Source: Bacillota bacterium
Lineage (GTDB): Bacteria; Bacillota; Bacilli; Bacillales; Cytobacillaceae
Length of the DNA: 46,111 nt
Assembly: GCA_023389895.1 (NCBI GenBank)
Contig: JAEWDX010000125.1
Span: forward strand, 1-46,111
Direction: 5' to 3'
The notes under the pieces were generated by a model. That model did no database searches. It was not told where the DNA came from and saw only the letters and a list, made by a program, of their open reading frames with translations. Shown one piece after another: positions 18,767 through 29,879 of this stretch (its first letter is position 1; each line of letters starts with the position of its first letter). A program made the position numbers and the translations under genes.

Positions 18767-19789
18767 TCATATTTCCCAAGTAAACCATCTTCCGTGTCCA
18801 TCGGTTTCTCCGACCGTTTTATTATCCTCGATTCCATTTATGAAAGAGTGAAGATGAAGTTTTCCATCCCACATATTGTTATATAGGTGAAATACATCTC
18901 TTTTCCTTCCAACCATTTGGATCGTTTTGATCAGCTGATCTTTTAGTTCTTCAGGAAGCTGATTTGCTACATGAGTATGGAAAATACATAGTGCAGATTT
19001 GTTAGGAGCTTGTGCAATAACTTCAGAAAGTAACGCTATCCCATCTCCTTCAATAAGCTTTGCAGAATTTTCATTAAAATGCTGAGCAGTCTTGTCAAAT
19101 AGATTTAATCTTTCTTGATGGTCGGGCCAAATAAGGGCTTTTAACCATAAATAGTCTTCTGAATTATTTAAATCATTTATATGTAAGTCTAATCCTACTT
19201 TTGAAATGACTGGAGGACTATTTTTGAGAAGGAAAGGGAAATTATCTCCTTTTATTTCCGAAGTAATATGGATTTTTGAATTTCGATCGCCAAAGACTTC
19301 ATCTGTTCCGTATGAATAATTATATTTATCCCACAATAGTTGCAAGCCTGCGCTTGTTCCAATTTCAATTAATGATAAAGGTTTTTTGATTTTGTTATAA
19401 ATATAGCAAAAGCTTGGATAAAGATATGCACAGCGCCTTACTTCATTCGTTTGTACGAGCTTATGACGAAGAAGCGAGATTATATCATTCTGATAAATCC
19501 TGCAAAAATCTTTGAAAATGTCAAAAGTATTTTCGCCTTCAAGTGGGTGTTTGACGATGCTTGGATAATATTCTTTTAAAGGATGTTCATTTCCTTTTAG
19601 TAAGAGATAATGAACAGCACCATAAAGCAAATTAGGCACAGGCTGCCCTTCTTTCGCATGTAAACATAAATCAAGCAGCTCATCGTCTTCGGCAATCTTA
19701 AGAGACAGAAATTCATATAATTCACTTGAACCTTTACATTCATTGTCAGCAAAATTTCTGAACCGTTGCGATAATTTAGCTTTGTTCAA
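18767..19789 (-). CDS. DUF2332 family protein
   Basis: VQTNEVRR, EIGTSAGLQL.WD, L.ALIWP, DGHG.W motifs; start uncertain (TTG 19789 or ATG 19798). Confidence 0.8.
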   Translation of the reverse strand: MNKAKLSQRFRNFADNECKGSSELYEFLSLKIAEDDELLDLCLHAKEGQPVPNLLYGAVHYLLLKGNEHPLKEYYPSIVKHPLEGENTFDIFKDFCRIYQNDIISLLRHKLVQTNEVRRCAYLYPSFCYIYNKIKKPLSLIEIGTSAGLQLLWDKYNYSYGTDEVFGDRNSKIHITSEIKGDNFPFLLKNSPPVISKVGLDLHINDLNNSEDYLWLKALIWPDHQERLNLFDKTAQHFNENSAKLIEGDGIALLSEVIAQAPNKSALCIFHTHVANQLPEELKDQLIKTIQMVGRKRDVFHLYNNMWDGKLHLHSFINGIEDNKTVGETDGHGRWFTWEI

Positions 19790-19922
19790 ATAAATCATAT
19801 CCTTTTTTATTAGTATCCTAATGAACGATAAATTTCCAAAACTAAAAATCAGACTGTAAGCAAACATGGTTTATCCGGTTTACTACAGTCTGAAGTTTCA
19901 CTGATATGAGAGTGTTCAAAAC

Positions 19923-22154
19923 TTAAAAATTGATTTGAATTCCTTTTTCATAAACTTCATGAGCTAGACGAACAGTAGACACTGCTAAATCCGCATACGT
20001 CACTTCTTGCTTAGGGTTAAATTTATTATTACTCGTTGTTAATAAACCTAATGAGTGTGCTAATGCAACAAAGCCAATGTTTTCTGCTTTAATGTCTTTT
20101 GCATCTGCGAATGAAAGTTGATAAATTCCTTGATTTTTGGCAGCTTGTTCGAGTCCTAATGTGCGTATATACCAAACGGCTAACTCTTCTCTCGTAAGGC
20201 GTTTATCAAGTTCAAAGTTTTCTATTTCATTTTTCAGAGTACCCTGTGCGACTGCACGTTCAATCACTTGATATAAAGCATGATCAGGATTGATATTCTT
20301 AAAGGATTGAACCTTGTTTCTTTGTCCAGAGAAGTATCCTGGATAGATTCGATAAAGAGACTTCATAATCACTTCAATGGCTGCACCTTTTGTTACTGAT
20401 GCATCTGCATTAAATGTAATTCCCTCTTTAACAGCTATAATTCCTGCATCAATAAGATGATTAAGTTCTTTCTCCGCCCAAGGATGGAGAATATGGCGAT
20501 TGCTCCTTAGTTCAGCTAGACTATCCCATTTTCCCGTATTGGCATTTAAGAAGCTAGTTAGGTTTTCATTGTACACAGGGGTATACACAAGTTGATAGTG
20601 ATTATTTTCTTTATTTGAACCAACTTTTACATAATTGAGGTTCACATTTAGGTTTTCAAAATAGGTTGCAGCTGCTGTTTCTTTAGAAATGATTCTTTCT
20701 ACGGAAGGCCAATTTTTAATATTTACTTGATTAACACTTAAATTTTGTAAAGAGCCATCAGAGGCTACACTAACGGAAATTTGATCGCCGCTTACGAGAA
20801 TATTATTGACCACCCTTGGAAAGTTGAAATAGAACATCTCTCTATCCTCATCATAAAAAGTTTCTTCTGTTGGCATTGCATAGTTGTGAAGATAAGATGG
20901 GGAATATTGTTTTAAATACTTGATCGCTTGTTCAAGTGCTTCTTCACTAGAAAGGGTCTGATTAGCCTTCTGATTCGCGTTAATCTCTTTTAGTACACTA
21001 CTCTTAATATCATTGTAAGAAATAATCTCTCCAGTAAGCTTGTCTATTTCTAGGTTTGTCCCGGTTCCGCCATTGCGGTGTTCATACATATAATGAATGC
21101 TAATGATATCTTGGTCATTGTAGTTTTTCGTTTCTTCAATCGAATCAATTCTTAATTTAACTTCATTGGAATCGATCTTAAGTAATTGTTCCGCTAATTT
21201 CTTTGCCTCTTCTAAAGAAATATTGTTATTTTTTGGCTGCATAGGTTGAGGAGAAATTAGTTTGATTTCTTTTGCTTTTGGTAATTCAGGTGAAAAACGA
21301 TTTGACGTGTGCCATTCTCCAGATAGAGCATGGACACCGAATACCTCACTTGATGGTTGATAAACAAGATTCACATTTCTTTCATTTGTCAGGTAATCAA
21401 AATCAATTCGATAATGTAAGTCAATAGAAAGATTCTCTTTAATCTTTGCAATGACATCATTCTTTGGAAGCACCTTCGTTAAGCTATCAAAGGTTGTAGA
21501 TTCATTGTTTAATGGACTACTGCGATAAAACTGACTAATTTCACCGTTTCCAAGCACTGTAATATTGATTTGCTGATCTGAGATAGGCACTTTATTATTA
21601 TTTCGTCCAAAGGAAAATGAATAGCTTATTGGCTCTGTCAGTATTTGATTTCCCGAATAGTAGTCATAAAGATTAGGGGCTAGCTGATATTCACCGCCCT
21701 CAGGAAATTTTTTCAAAAAGGCGAGAGCTGCTTCTTGGGCTTTTTCCTTTGTTAGTTTTGCTGGAAATAAGGCATCAGCTGAGTTAGCTGGCTGATAATA
21801 ATAGTTCTCTATTTCTAATTTCTCCCCAATGAAGCCAATATTTCCATAAATTTGTTTCCCGTTTACTTTTTTCTGAAAAGTTAAGTCATAGCGAGTGATG
21901 TCATCACCTTGAAAGCGATGACCAGCACCCATATTGAAATCATTATCAGTTAGAAAATGAAACTGTGGAAAAAACTCTTTAAACTTTTTAATCAGATCAT
22001 TTTTTGTGACAACACTTTCTGTTTGAGCAATTTTGATTTTGACGCTATTATTCTGTTCATTTACTAGTGGTGCTGCACCTGCTCCTGGTGCGAGAATTCC
22101 AGTGAATAGACCAGTAGACAATGTGATGATTCCGAGTTTTTTAAAGTTTCCCAA
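19923..22154 (-). CDS. Secreted YcdB/YcdC-domain protein with C-terminal SLH domains
   Basis: Signal peptide; repeated EEA...A..FL..Y.F.F.R..N units; SLH-like HPWAE, LTREELA, FNPKQEVTYAD; TTG start after AGGAGG. Confidence 0.75.
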   Translation of the reverse strand: MGNFKKLGIITLSTGLFTGILAPGAGAAPLVNEQNNSVKIKIAQTESVVTKNDLIKKFKEFFPQFHFLTDNDFNMGAGHRFQGDDITRYDLTFQKKVNGKQIYGNIGFIGEKLEIENYYYQPANSADALFPAKLTKEKAQEAALAFLKKFPEGGEYQLAPNLYDYYSGNQILTEPISYSFSFGRNNNKVPISDQQINITVLGNGEISQFYRSSPLNNESTTFDSLTKVLPKNDVIAKIKENLSIDLHYRIDFDYLTNERNVNLVYQPSSEVFGVHALSGEWHTSNRFSPELPKAKEIKLISPQPMQPKNNNISLEEAKKLAEQLLKIDSNEVKLRIDSIEETKNYNDQDIISIHYMYEHRNGGTGTNLEIDKLTGEIISYNDIKSSVLKEINANQKANQTLSSEEALEQAIKYLKQYSPSYLHNYAMPTEETFYDEDREMFYFNFPRVVNNILVSGDQISVSVASDGSLQNLSVNQVNIKNWPSVERIISKETAAATYFENLNVNLNYVKVGSNKENNHYQLVYTPVYNENLTSFLNANTGKWDSLAELRSNRHILHPWAEKELNHLIDAGIIAVKEGITFNADASVTKGAAIEVIMKSLYRIYPGYFSGQRNKVQSFKNINPDHALYQVIERAVAQGTLKNEIENFELDKRLTREELAVWYIRTLGLEQAAKNQGIYQLSFADAKDIKAENIGFVALAHSLGLLTTSNNKFNPKQEVTYADLAVSTVRLAHEVYEKGIQINF

Positions 22155-22437
22155 AAAATCCCTCCTAATATTTGACAATTATTTTAATTATATACTATTT
22201 TTTCGGAATTGTGTAACAAATATTTAACTCTTATCTATTAATATGATTTATTCAGCAGAATGATCGTTTAGAAGGGGGGAATTTTATTTGTGAAAAAAGA
22301 CGAAATATTTTGACGGATGACACTCGTTATACTACCATTAGTAAAGCTGGTTCATTTATTGAGGTCGAAGTTTAAAAATTCTACCATTTTTTGTTATATT
22401 ATAATAAGAAAGATTTATCGTGAGAGGGGATATGGAT

Positions 22438-22824
22438 GTGAATATTGAAAATACACTTATTGGGGCTTTAGGAATTGAAATTAAGACACTAGAAAAAGGC
22501 AAGGTCATTGCGACAATGCCTGTCGATGAACGAACAAGGCAACCATTTGGCTTGCTGCATGGGGGAGCATCTGTTGCTCTAGCTGAAACGGTCGCAAGCA
22601 TCGGAGCGTTTGAACTTGTCGATCAAAAAACAGAGTCTGTAGCGGGGCTCGAAATAAACGCCAATCATGTGAAAGGAAAACGTGAAGGAATCGTTACTGC
22701 GATTGGTACAGTTCTCCATCAAGGAAGAACAACGATGGTTTGGGATATTAAAATCGTTGATGAACAAGAGCAGCTTATTTGTGTTTCCAGATGTACAATG
22801 GCTGTTCTTAAAAATAGAAGCTAA
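22438..22824 (+). CDS. yuxO: Hotdog-fold (PaaI) thioesterase, YuxO/MenI-like
   Basis: QPFGLLHGGASVALAET and GLEINANH motifs; synteny. Confidence 0.88.
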   Translation: MNIENTLIGALGIEIKTLEKGKVIATMPVDERTRQPFGLLHGGASVALAETVASIGAFELVDQKTESVAGLEINANHVKGKREGIVTAIGTVLHQGRTTMVWDIKIVDEQEQLICVSRCTMAVLKNRS

Positions 22825-22831
22825 AATGAGG

Positions 22832-22876
22832 AAAGGTGAGGAACTCTTTTAACAAAGAGAGTGTTCCTCACCTTTT
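22832..22876. terminator. Terminator between convergent genes
   Basis: AAAGGTGAGGAAC...GTTCCTCACCTTTT. Confidence 0.8.
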
Positions 22877-22903
22877 CTGATTATTTAGGAAATGATGGAT
22901 TGG

Positions 22904-22942
22904 CTTATGCTTGTCGCCGATAAGCGGGCGCCTTCCGCTTTT
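22904..22942. repeat. Probable end fragment of a Bacillaceae REP/MITE
   Basis: GC-rich CTTATGCTTGTCGCCGATAAGCGGGCGCCTTCCGCTTTT resembles a recalled Bacillaceae intergenic repeat end; only one copy in this window. Confidence 0.4.
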
Positions 22943-22946
22943 GTTT

Positions 22947-23963
22947 TTATCCAACTACAAGAATAACAATAAAATAAGCGATCATGGTGATTAAACCGAT
23001 CGGAACACCGAAACGCGCCCATTCCTTGCTCGTAATATTTAATTTTCCAGCTGCGATGATATTTGGAATATTTCCTGGAATTAGCATACCACCACTAATG
23101 AGGAGACCAAGTAAAATCGCCTTAATGGTTGGAGTGCTCATCTCAGGACTAATTTCTGCAGCTGCAAGTGTCGCATTATCTAGGATGGCTGAAATCATAT
23201 TAATCCAATAAAGCACTAATGGACTAAGTTCAAGGAGAAACCTCTTAATAAATGGTTCAAAGCCAGCTCCTAGTAATGTTAATCCCATTACGAAAAGATA
23301 AATTTTCACAGTACGGATGAAAATCTCCTTATAGCTTTCCTTTTCAAGAGAGGTTAATGTTCCTTTATTATCTATTCTTGGTTTAATTAAAACGGCTGTA
23401 AGCAATCCGAAAATTAACACAGCAGGAATGACATCAGGACCAATAAGCTTCAGCAAATAAAAGAAGTTTTCATTTAATTTACTAATGGCAATCGTTGAAA
23501 GTGGTTCGCCAATCGGTGTTAAGGCAGCACCGAGTCCGATTGAAAAACAGGCAAGTACAACAAAGCGAACCTCTGACTGTCGGTCAAGACGGATAACACT
23601 AACAATAACAACAAGTACAATTGCAGCAATAATCGCTGTGATAACACTTGAGATGATTCCAAGTATAATTACAACAAGTGAAAGAAATAAGCGGAAAGGC
23701 ATCGCTTTACTGACTCCAAGTATTCCTTTTTCAATGGGGCTTTGTCCCCATCTAAATAATAAACCGGCAATGAGAACAGCTAACGTAATATGTATAGGGT
23801 CTTCAAGTGCTTTCATAAATAGTTCACCATTCAGAACTTGGCTTATGGTTGCGGCAATGAGCCCCATTATAAAAAGAAATACCTCTAAATTATGTTCTAC
23901 TTGCTTTACGGTGAATGGTAAAAATAAGACAAGTAATAAAACAATGGTTAATCCAATTATCAT
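22947..23963 (-). CDS. DUF1646 family putative cation transporter (IT superfamily)
   Basis: Multiple TMs; GAALTPIGEPLST, LDNATLAAAEI, GGMLIPGNIPNII motifs. Confidence 0.8.
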   Translation of the reverse strand: MIIGLTIVLLLVLFLPFTVKQVEHNLEVFLFIMGLIAATISQVLNGELFMKALEDPIHITLAVLIAGLLFRWGQSPIEKGILGVSKAMPFRLFLSLVVIILGIISSVITAIIAAIVLVVIVSVIRLDRQSEVRFVVLACFSIGLGAALTPIGEPLSTIAISKLNENFFYLLKLIGPDVIPAVLIFGLLTAVLIKPRIDNKGTLTSLEKESYKEIFIRTVKIYLFVMGLTLLGAGFEPFIKRFLLELSPLVLYWINMISAILDNATLAAAEISPEMSTPTIKAILLGLLISGGMLIPGNIPNIIAAGKLNITSKEWARFGVPIGLITMIAYFIVILVVG

Positions 23964-24137
23964 AATATGAACAGATCCTTTTCGAGATTTATTTAATTAT
24001 ATCACGAAAAGTGAATATTTTCGCAATTGAATTAAATAAATCATCAGTTTATGTCGAATGCGATTAAAGTCGATATTATTATAGCTTAAAGGCCAAGATG
24101 AAAAAAGAATTGAATTTTTTCACAAAAAAAAGAGGGG

Positions 24138-24722
24138 TTATGCCCCACTTTTAAATTCGTACTGGAAACGATTAACAACTGTACTTCTTCCTTTATTATG
24201 AAAAATAATAATAAGGATTGGTACTGTAAGAATGAATGAGATTAAGAGCATTAAAATGATTTGCGACCCTACAGTTGATTGTTTTTTAATATCGAATTTG
24301 TATTGATCGAAAAAGGTTTTTATTTCATTGTTTATAAAAACTTGATTTGAATTTAAAAATTCCTTGTTTTCTAAATCATAGTAATAGAAGGCTGTCGTTT
24401 TAAAAGTAAAGATGCTGTCTCGCATTTCATCATACTCGACAAAGCCTACAGCTAATTGTGAAGTGTATTCTTCAGTAACTTCTTCACTTGTTGCCGTTTT
24501 TGGTTTTACAACCTTTATTATTTCCCCCGCAAAATTAAAGCCATCGATCAATGTCACAGAGCCTTTATCGTATAGCTCTGAAGACTTTAGCTGCTCATCT
24601 ACTGCCAATAAGAATGCAAGCTTATAAGATGATTCCATGCTCGCTTCAGCGTGTCCAATTTTCATAGTGGCGGCTAGTGTTAGAATAATACAGAAGGTTA
24701 AACAAATTAGCTGTTTTTTCAT
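24138..24722 (-). CDS. Hypothetical exported protein with C-terminal TM helix
   Basis: RBS GGGAG; signal peptide ending GHA-EA; C-terminal hydrophobic helix. Confidence 0.7.
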   Translation of the reverse strand: MKKQLICLTFCIILTLAATMKIGHAEASMESSYKLAFLLAVDEQLKSSELYDKGSVTLIDGFNFAGEIIKVVKPKTATSEEVTEEYTSQLAVGFVEYDEMRDSIFTFKTTAFYYYDLENKEFLNSNQVFINNEIKTFFDQYKFDIKKQSTVGSQIILMLLISFILTVPILIIIFHNKGRSTVVNRFQYEFKSGA

Positions 24723-25002
24723 CAGTCTCCCTCTTTCCCTTGTTATATATACTAGGCTTCTATGATGGATTTAAGCTTTCACAATAGCGATGATTAAAGT
24801 GGATTTATCCAATTGTATCATATTATCTAATAATTCAGATAGTTCTAAATGCCTTTTATTTAGTCTTAAGGACGGAATAAAATAGCGGATAGGGTAACTT
24901 CATGACGCCATAATGAGATGTTAGTATTGTGTATTTGTTTTTATTCCTTAATAATGAAGAGGTTGAGTAATAATTGAGCCTTTTTAAATGAACGGAGACA
25001 AG

Positions 25003-25560
25003 ATGAAGAACACTTATTTTATTAGTTATTTTCCTTTGCTTTCAATTATTCTATTTAGTCTTTCCCTTGCGATCAGGGTAGAGAAAACACTGCTTGTTTT
25101 TTTAGAGAATATTGGCATCTATAGTGGGATGCTTGAGTTTTTTTCAGAGGGCGGTATTAAGCTGTCTTTATTAGTGATCCTTTTGCTGCTATTTTTTATG
25201 GTGTTTGCGGCATTAAAGCTGATTGGCAATACTATAAACGAGCTTTCCCTTTTGTTTTTTTCAAAGGATTCTGAGGGAGAAAGTTTAAAGCTAATTCGGA
25301 ATGGTGCGATTATTTATTTTGTCGGAAGTGTTATTTCCTTAATTAGTTTGAATAGTTTTATTGGAATTGGCCTTATTTTTGCTGCAGCAACGATTTGTTA
25401 TTTCATTTATTTTGTTTATAAAGTAAGTTCATCGTTGTCTGTATTAGGTTTGATTGGTCTGATTTTTTTCCAAGTTATCATTTGGTCCCTGATTATTCTT
25501 GGCGTTGTTTTCATTGTTGCAAAAGTTTATAACAGTTTCATGGCAAGCTTGCCGATCTGA
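25003..25560 (+). CDS. yufK: YufK/DUF5366 family membrane protein
   Basis: MKNTYF.SYFPL start, FFMVFAALKLI; convergent with pbpD as in B. subtilis. Confidence 0.8.
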   Translation: MKNTYFISYFPLLSIILFSLSLAIRVEKTLLVFLENIGIYSGMLEFFSEGGIKLSLLVILLLLFFMVFAALKLIGNTINELSLLFFSKDSEGESLKLIRNGAIIYFVGSVISLISLNSFIGIGLIFAAATICYFIYFVYKVSSSLSVLGLIGLIFFQVIIWSLIILGVVFIVAKVYNSFMASLPI

Positions 25561-25683
25561 GTTGCAGTGGCAGGGTAGTGTAACCTTCAGAAGGCTTGAT
25601 GAGCCTAAAGCTAGTCTAAAAAAAGCGAGAGTAGTGGTCTCTATGAGTCCACTACTCGTATAGTACATGTTAGTTGATCCCGA

Positions 25684-25746
25684 TTACAGATTTTCCGCAT
25701 GAGAAAGCCCACTCAGGTGTGATAACTTCCCCTTTAAGGGGGGAGT
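25684..25746. repeat. Dispersed ~60-bp element, copy 1
   Basis: TTACAGATTTTCCGCATGAGAAAGCCCACTCAGGTGTGATAACTTCCCCTTTAAGGGGGGAG; homologous to copies at 41224 and 44261. Confidence 0.85.
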
Positions 25747-25747
25747 C

Positions 25748-27613
25748 TTAATTATTTCTAGTCATGATTGCTTTCCAAATTTGTTGCTGTGGGGCAGCAG
25801 CTTCGATAAATTGAATATTTTGCGGCTGATCCTTGCCAACCCAAATTCCTGCTGTATATTGATCGGTTATTCCGACAAACCAGTAATCCTGAAAATCATT
25901 TGTTGTTCCCGTCTTTCCACGCGCACCTTGATTAGGGATAGCTGCTTTTCTCGCTGTGCCTGATTGAACCGTCTTTTTCAAAAGCTCGTTAATTTTATCT
26001 GTCGTCGTTTTATTCCATACTTGAATGGGGGCCTCATCCCAGCTATAAAGGAGTTCCCCAGATAGATTTGTCACTTTATCAATCGCCCTAGCCGGCAGAT
26101 ACTCTCCGTTATTCGCAAAAACAGTGTAGGCAGATGTGAGCTCCAATGGAGAAACACCGACCGAAAATCCTCCGATTGCAGCAGGAAGCACATAGTCCGT
26201 TTTTGAAACCTTTGCAAATCCAAAATTAGCTAAATCCTTAAATCCATTTTCGATCCCGATTAAGTCGAATAATCGAACTGCTGGGGTGTTATAGGATTGA
26301 ATAAACGCTCTTTCTATGCTAACCATGCCATATTTTGCTCCGCCGTAGTTTTCCGGACAGTATCCATTTTTACAAAAGGCGCTGGCATTGACCTTTTTAT
26401 TCGTGGATGCATTTGTACGTTCAAAGTATGGTGCATAGACAAGCAACGGCTTAATGGCTGATCCAGGCTGGCGATAAGCTTGGAATCCCCTGTTAAAATC
26501 ATATTTTTGATAGTGCTTGCCACCAATTAAAGCAATAATTCGCTGTGATTCATGGTTGATAACGACTGCAGCCCCTTCAATATTCTGATAAGGAAGTCGC
26601 GTTTCAATAGCCGTTTTCGCCTTTTGCTGAATGGCTGGGTCGAGAGCGGTATGGATGATGATCCCAGATGAGATGACCTCTTTAACACGCTCATCAAGCT
26701 TAGCCTCCAATGATTTTCGCTCTTCTTCATTTGCCGTCACTGATTCTATTGCGATTCCTTCCTGTTTGGCAATTAGTTCTTTCAGCTCCGATTCCACATA
26801 TGTTACATAATCCGGAAATAAATCAATTCGTTCTCTCGTTTGTAAAACAATTGACTCAGCCTTTATTTTCTCTGCTTCATCTTTATGTAAAAATTGATTT
26901 TGTACAAGCTGATCGATCAGTCTTTCCTGACGCTTTTTTGTTTTATCAAAATGGATGAGAGGATCATATAAGGTTGGGTTATTCGGGATTGCTGCTAAAA
27001 AGGCAAGCTGTGCCTTGGAAAGCTCGCTCGTTTGCTTCTGAAAATAAAATTGAGCCGCCGCCTCAATTCCATACGCACCATTCTGAAAATAAATCACATT
27101 TAAATAAAGCTCAAGAATGTTGTCCTTTGAATACATACGTTCAATTTCATATGCATAGAGCAGTTCACTAAGCTTGCGATTATATGATTTTTCATTTGTT
27201 AAAAAGAGGTTCCTCGCTAGCTGCTGAGTAATGGTACTGGCACCTTGTTCAATTTGATTCGATTGAATATTAACAGCAAGTGCCCTCCCGATTGAAGAAA
27301 AATCAAAGCCAAGATGATCATAGAAATGCTTATCCTCTGACATAATGAATAAATTTTTTAGAAACGGAGGAATTTCCTCAGAACTTAAATTAATCCGATT
27401 TACCGGGCGTTGAATTTCGGAAATGACAGCACCATCGCTTGCTTTAATTATACTTGATTGTGGCAAGTTTATCTGATCGGCAATAGGGATTTTCTCTTGT
27501 AAAACATGATGAAAGCTTTTCCATTGCTTCATTTCGGAACCTGTCATAAAAACAATCGCTATCAAGAGAGGGAGTAGAGCAGCGATAATGAGATAGCCTG
27601 CAAACGTACGCAA
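25748..27613 (-). CDS. pbpD: Class A penicillin-binding protein (PBP4)
   Basis: Glycosyltransferase motifs EDKHFYDH, GASTITQQL, RKLSE; transpeptidase SAIK, SYN, KTGT; synteny with kapD. Confidence 0.9.
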   Translation of the reverse strand: MRTFAGYLIIAALLPLLIAIVFMTGSEMKQWKSFHHVLQEKIPIADQINLPQSSIIKASDGAVISEIQRPVNRINLSSEEIPPFLKNLFIMSEDKHFYDHLGFDFSSIGRALAVNIQSNQIEQGASTITQQLARNLFLTNEKSYNRKLSELLYAYEIERMYSKDNILELYLNVIYFQNGAYGIEAAAQFYFQKQTSELSKAQLAFLAAIPNNPTLYDPLIHFDKTKKRQERLIDQLVQNQFLHKDEAEKIKAESIVLQTRERIDLFPDYVTYVESELKELIAKQEGIAIESVTANEEERKSLEAKLDERVKEVISSGIIIHTALDPAIQQKAKTAIETRLPYQNIEGAAVVINHESQRIIALIGGKHYQKYDFNRGFQAYRQPGSAIKPLLVYAPYFERTNASTNKKVNASAFCKNGYCPENYGGAKYGMVSIERAFIQSYNTPAVRLFDLIGIENGFKDLANFGFAKVSKTDYVLPAAIGGFSVGVSPLELTSAYTVFANNGEYLPARAIDKVTNLSGELLYSWDEAPIQVWNKTTTDKINELLKKTVQSGTARKAAIPNQGARGKTGTTNDFQDYWFVGITDQYTAGIWVGKDQPQNIQFIEAAAPQQQIWKAIMTRNN

Positions 27614-27870
27614 CTGCTTCGAACTCCTTTCAGATTCATAATGTCTTAAAAAAAATCGGTGTTAATTTGTATTGTAAGACGAACCCCGACATTATGTATG
27701 AAATCCTTACATCTATTTATTCGGATAAAAATGAGAAAGGTTAAATTATTACGAAGTTGCTCCCGAAAATTCTTTCACAATCAGTTTAAATTAAGCAGAA
27801 AAATTAAAATATTTCATGTTATAATATAATCAAAAATGTGCGTCTATCCATAATGAAAGAAGGTGAAAGA

Positions 27871-28491
27871 GTGGGAAAGGATGAACGCTATTTATTTATT
27901 GATTTTGAATTTACCATGCCTGCAAAGGGTGGTAAATATAAAGGATTTTATCCAGAAATTATTGAAGCCGGAATTGTTTCTGTCGCAAATGATCAAATTT
28001 GTGAGCGATTCTCTGCTTTTATATCCCCAGTTCGCTTTCCGACATTATCCGAACGCTGTAAATCATTTTTACAAATTTCACAGGCTCAAGTCGATAAAGG
28101 CATTTCTTTTAATGAGCTTGTTCAGAAATTGATCGACATAAACAGAAATGAGCTATGCACAACGATCACTTGGGGAAATATGGATATGAAGGTGCTGCGA
28201 AATAATTGTAGGGAGGCAGGAGTTCCATTTCCCCTTTCTGGTAAAGAAATTGATTTATCAATGGAATATAAGCGTTTTTTTGGTGATCAAAATCAAACAG
28301 GCTTGTGGAAGGCTGTACAGGAATATGGAAAAGAAGGAACAGGCAAACATCATCGAGCATTAGATGATGCAATGACGACTTATAATATTTTTAGATTGGT
28401 AGAAAAGGATAAACGATACTTACAAAGACCGGAGCCAACGACAATTGGGGATCGAGTTGACTTTTCAAAGCTACTTAATAAATTCGCATAA
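27871..28491 (+). CDS. kapD: KapD, DEDDh 3'-5' exonuclease family
   Basis: IDFEFT, WGNMD, HRALDDA motifs; convergent with kapB; GTG start after AAGGTGA. Confidence 0.9.
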   Translation: MGKDERYLFIDFEFTMPAKGGKYKGFYPEIIEAGIVSVANDQICERFSAFISPVRFPTLSERCKSFLQISQAQVDKGISFNELVQKLIDINRNELCTTITWGNMDMKVLRNNCREAGVPFPLSGKEIDLSMEYKRFFGDQNQTGLWKAVQEYGKEGTGKHHRALDDAMTTYNIFRLVEKDKRYLQRPEPTTIGDRVDFSKLLNKFA

Positions 28492-28525
28492 AAAGCCAAA
28501 TCTTGAACGATGAGATTTGGCTTTT
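28491..28525. terminator. Bidirectional terminator kapD/kapB
   Basis: AAAAGCCAAATCT/AGATTTGGCTTTT. Confidence 0.8.
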
Positions 28526-28586
28526 CGTAATAGAAGGTATAATTATTTTGAAATTTTTTTTACCTACAACGCTTCTGCATTTCTAA

Positions 28587-28964
28587 TTAAAAATAATCTT
28601 TTTCCAATGACTCAATATTTTTTATGCTCTGCTCTCCCCAGGGGGAATTTGCAGCGACAAGCTCCTGCTTCATTTTTTCTAATGCGGTCTTTAATGATTC
28701 CTGATAGTCGGGCACTTCTTCTTCAAAGTGACGTACCATTTTCTTCGGGATATTAGCCTGTTCTCGATAAGATAATGCCTTTCTTTCGTGGAAAATCATT
28801 ACGTCCGCCTCTTTCGGGTTATGTAAATCCCCCTGCATAGGATGTTTGAGTACGCCTAAAACTCTGACTAAATAATGCTCTGGGCGAGTATCAGTTACCT
28901 CTCCAATATATTTTCCTGTTTTATATATGGCCGTTACCTTGTCGCCGACTTTGAATTCAGTCAT
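28587..28964 (-). CDS. kapB: Kinase-associated protein B
   Basis: YKTGKYIGE, VLKHP.QGDLHNP, FHERKALS motifs. Confidence 0.92.
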   Translation of the reverse strand: MTEFKVGDKVTAIYKTGKYIGEVTDTRPEHYLVRVLGVLKHPMQGDLHNPKEADVMIFHERKALSYREQANIPKKMVRHFEEEVPDYQESLKTALEKMKQELVAANSPWGEQSIKNIESLEKDYF

Positions 28965-29138
28965 GAATCATTTCTCCTTTCGCCTTGCTTTTCTTATTAT
29001 TTTCGGAAATCAAAGTGTATTTGTCAAATAAACCATGTTAATCTATTAAAAGAAAGCTAGCTATTAAGAAAAGTTTTTCTTGGAGCAGGCGACTTTAACC
29101 CAATAATCAAAATAAGAAATGTAATTGGAGGTCAACGA

Positions 29139-29879
29139 ATGAAACGCAATTTATTTTTTCTTTTATTCGCAGCTCTTCTTCTGCTTTCCGCTTGTGGAAC
29201 GACAACGGATGAGGCGGAAAAGGGAACAACTGAAGCTATTGAAAAGGAAACAAATGAAAATCAAACGGAAGAAAAAGCAGCCGATCAAACAGCAATGGAT
29301 TTCCCACAATTAACAAATGAAGTACGAGAGAATGAACCAGTAGTCGAAATGGAAACTTCGTTCGGAACGATAAAAATTAAACTATTCCCTGAATATGCTC
29401 CAAAAGCTGTTGAAAACTTTATTACGCACAGCAAGGAAGGCTATTATGATGGGGTTACATTCCACCGTGCTATTAATGATTTCATGATTCAAGGCGGCGA
29501 CCCGGAAGGAACAGGTATGGGTGGAGAAAGTATCTTCGGCCAGCCGTTTGAGGATGAATTTTCGGATAAGCTTTTCAATCTTCGCGGGGCATTATCAATG
29601 GCTAACTCTGGCACGAATACAAATGGCAGTCAATTTTTTATCGTTCAAAATAGTAATTTAGCTCCTGATTTAAAGGAACAAATGGTTCAAGCAGGTTATC
29701 CTACTGAGATGATCGAGGCATATGAAAAAGGCGGAACACCATGGCTTGATTTTAAACATACTGTGTTTGGACAAGTAATCGAAGGAATGGACATCGTTGA
29801 CAAAATTGCTGGTGTTGAGGTCGGCGAGAGAGATAAGCCGATTGAGGATGTTGTGATTAAACATGTCAAGGTAGATTGA
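29139..29879 (+). CDS. Lipoprotein cyclophilin-type peptidyl-prolyl isomerase
   Basis: Lipobox [34 protein letters not shown] motifs. Confidence 0.92.
   Translation: MKRNLFFLLFAALLLLSACGTTTDEAEKGTTEAIEKETNENQTEEKAADQTAMDFPQLTNEVRENEPVVEMETSFGTIKIKLFPEYAPKAVENFITHSKEGYYDGVTFHRAINDFMIQGGDPEGTGMGGESIFGQPFEDEFSDKLFNLRGALSMANSGTNTNGSQFFIVQNSNLAPDLKEQMVQAGYPTEMIEAYEKGGTPWLDFKHTVFGQVIEGMDIVDKIAGVEVGERDKPIEDVVIKHVKVD

Noticed and set aside
19848..19892. TCAGACTGTA/TACAGTCTGA inverted repeat
   Set aside because: Single copy here; most simply the terminator of the SLH-protein gene
25561..25660. tRNA-like or riboswitch-like look of the sequence after yufK
   Set aside because: No cloverleaf or T-loop; the GAGTAGTGG/CCACTACTC hairpin is adequately explained as a terminator between convergent genes
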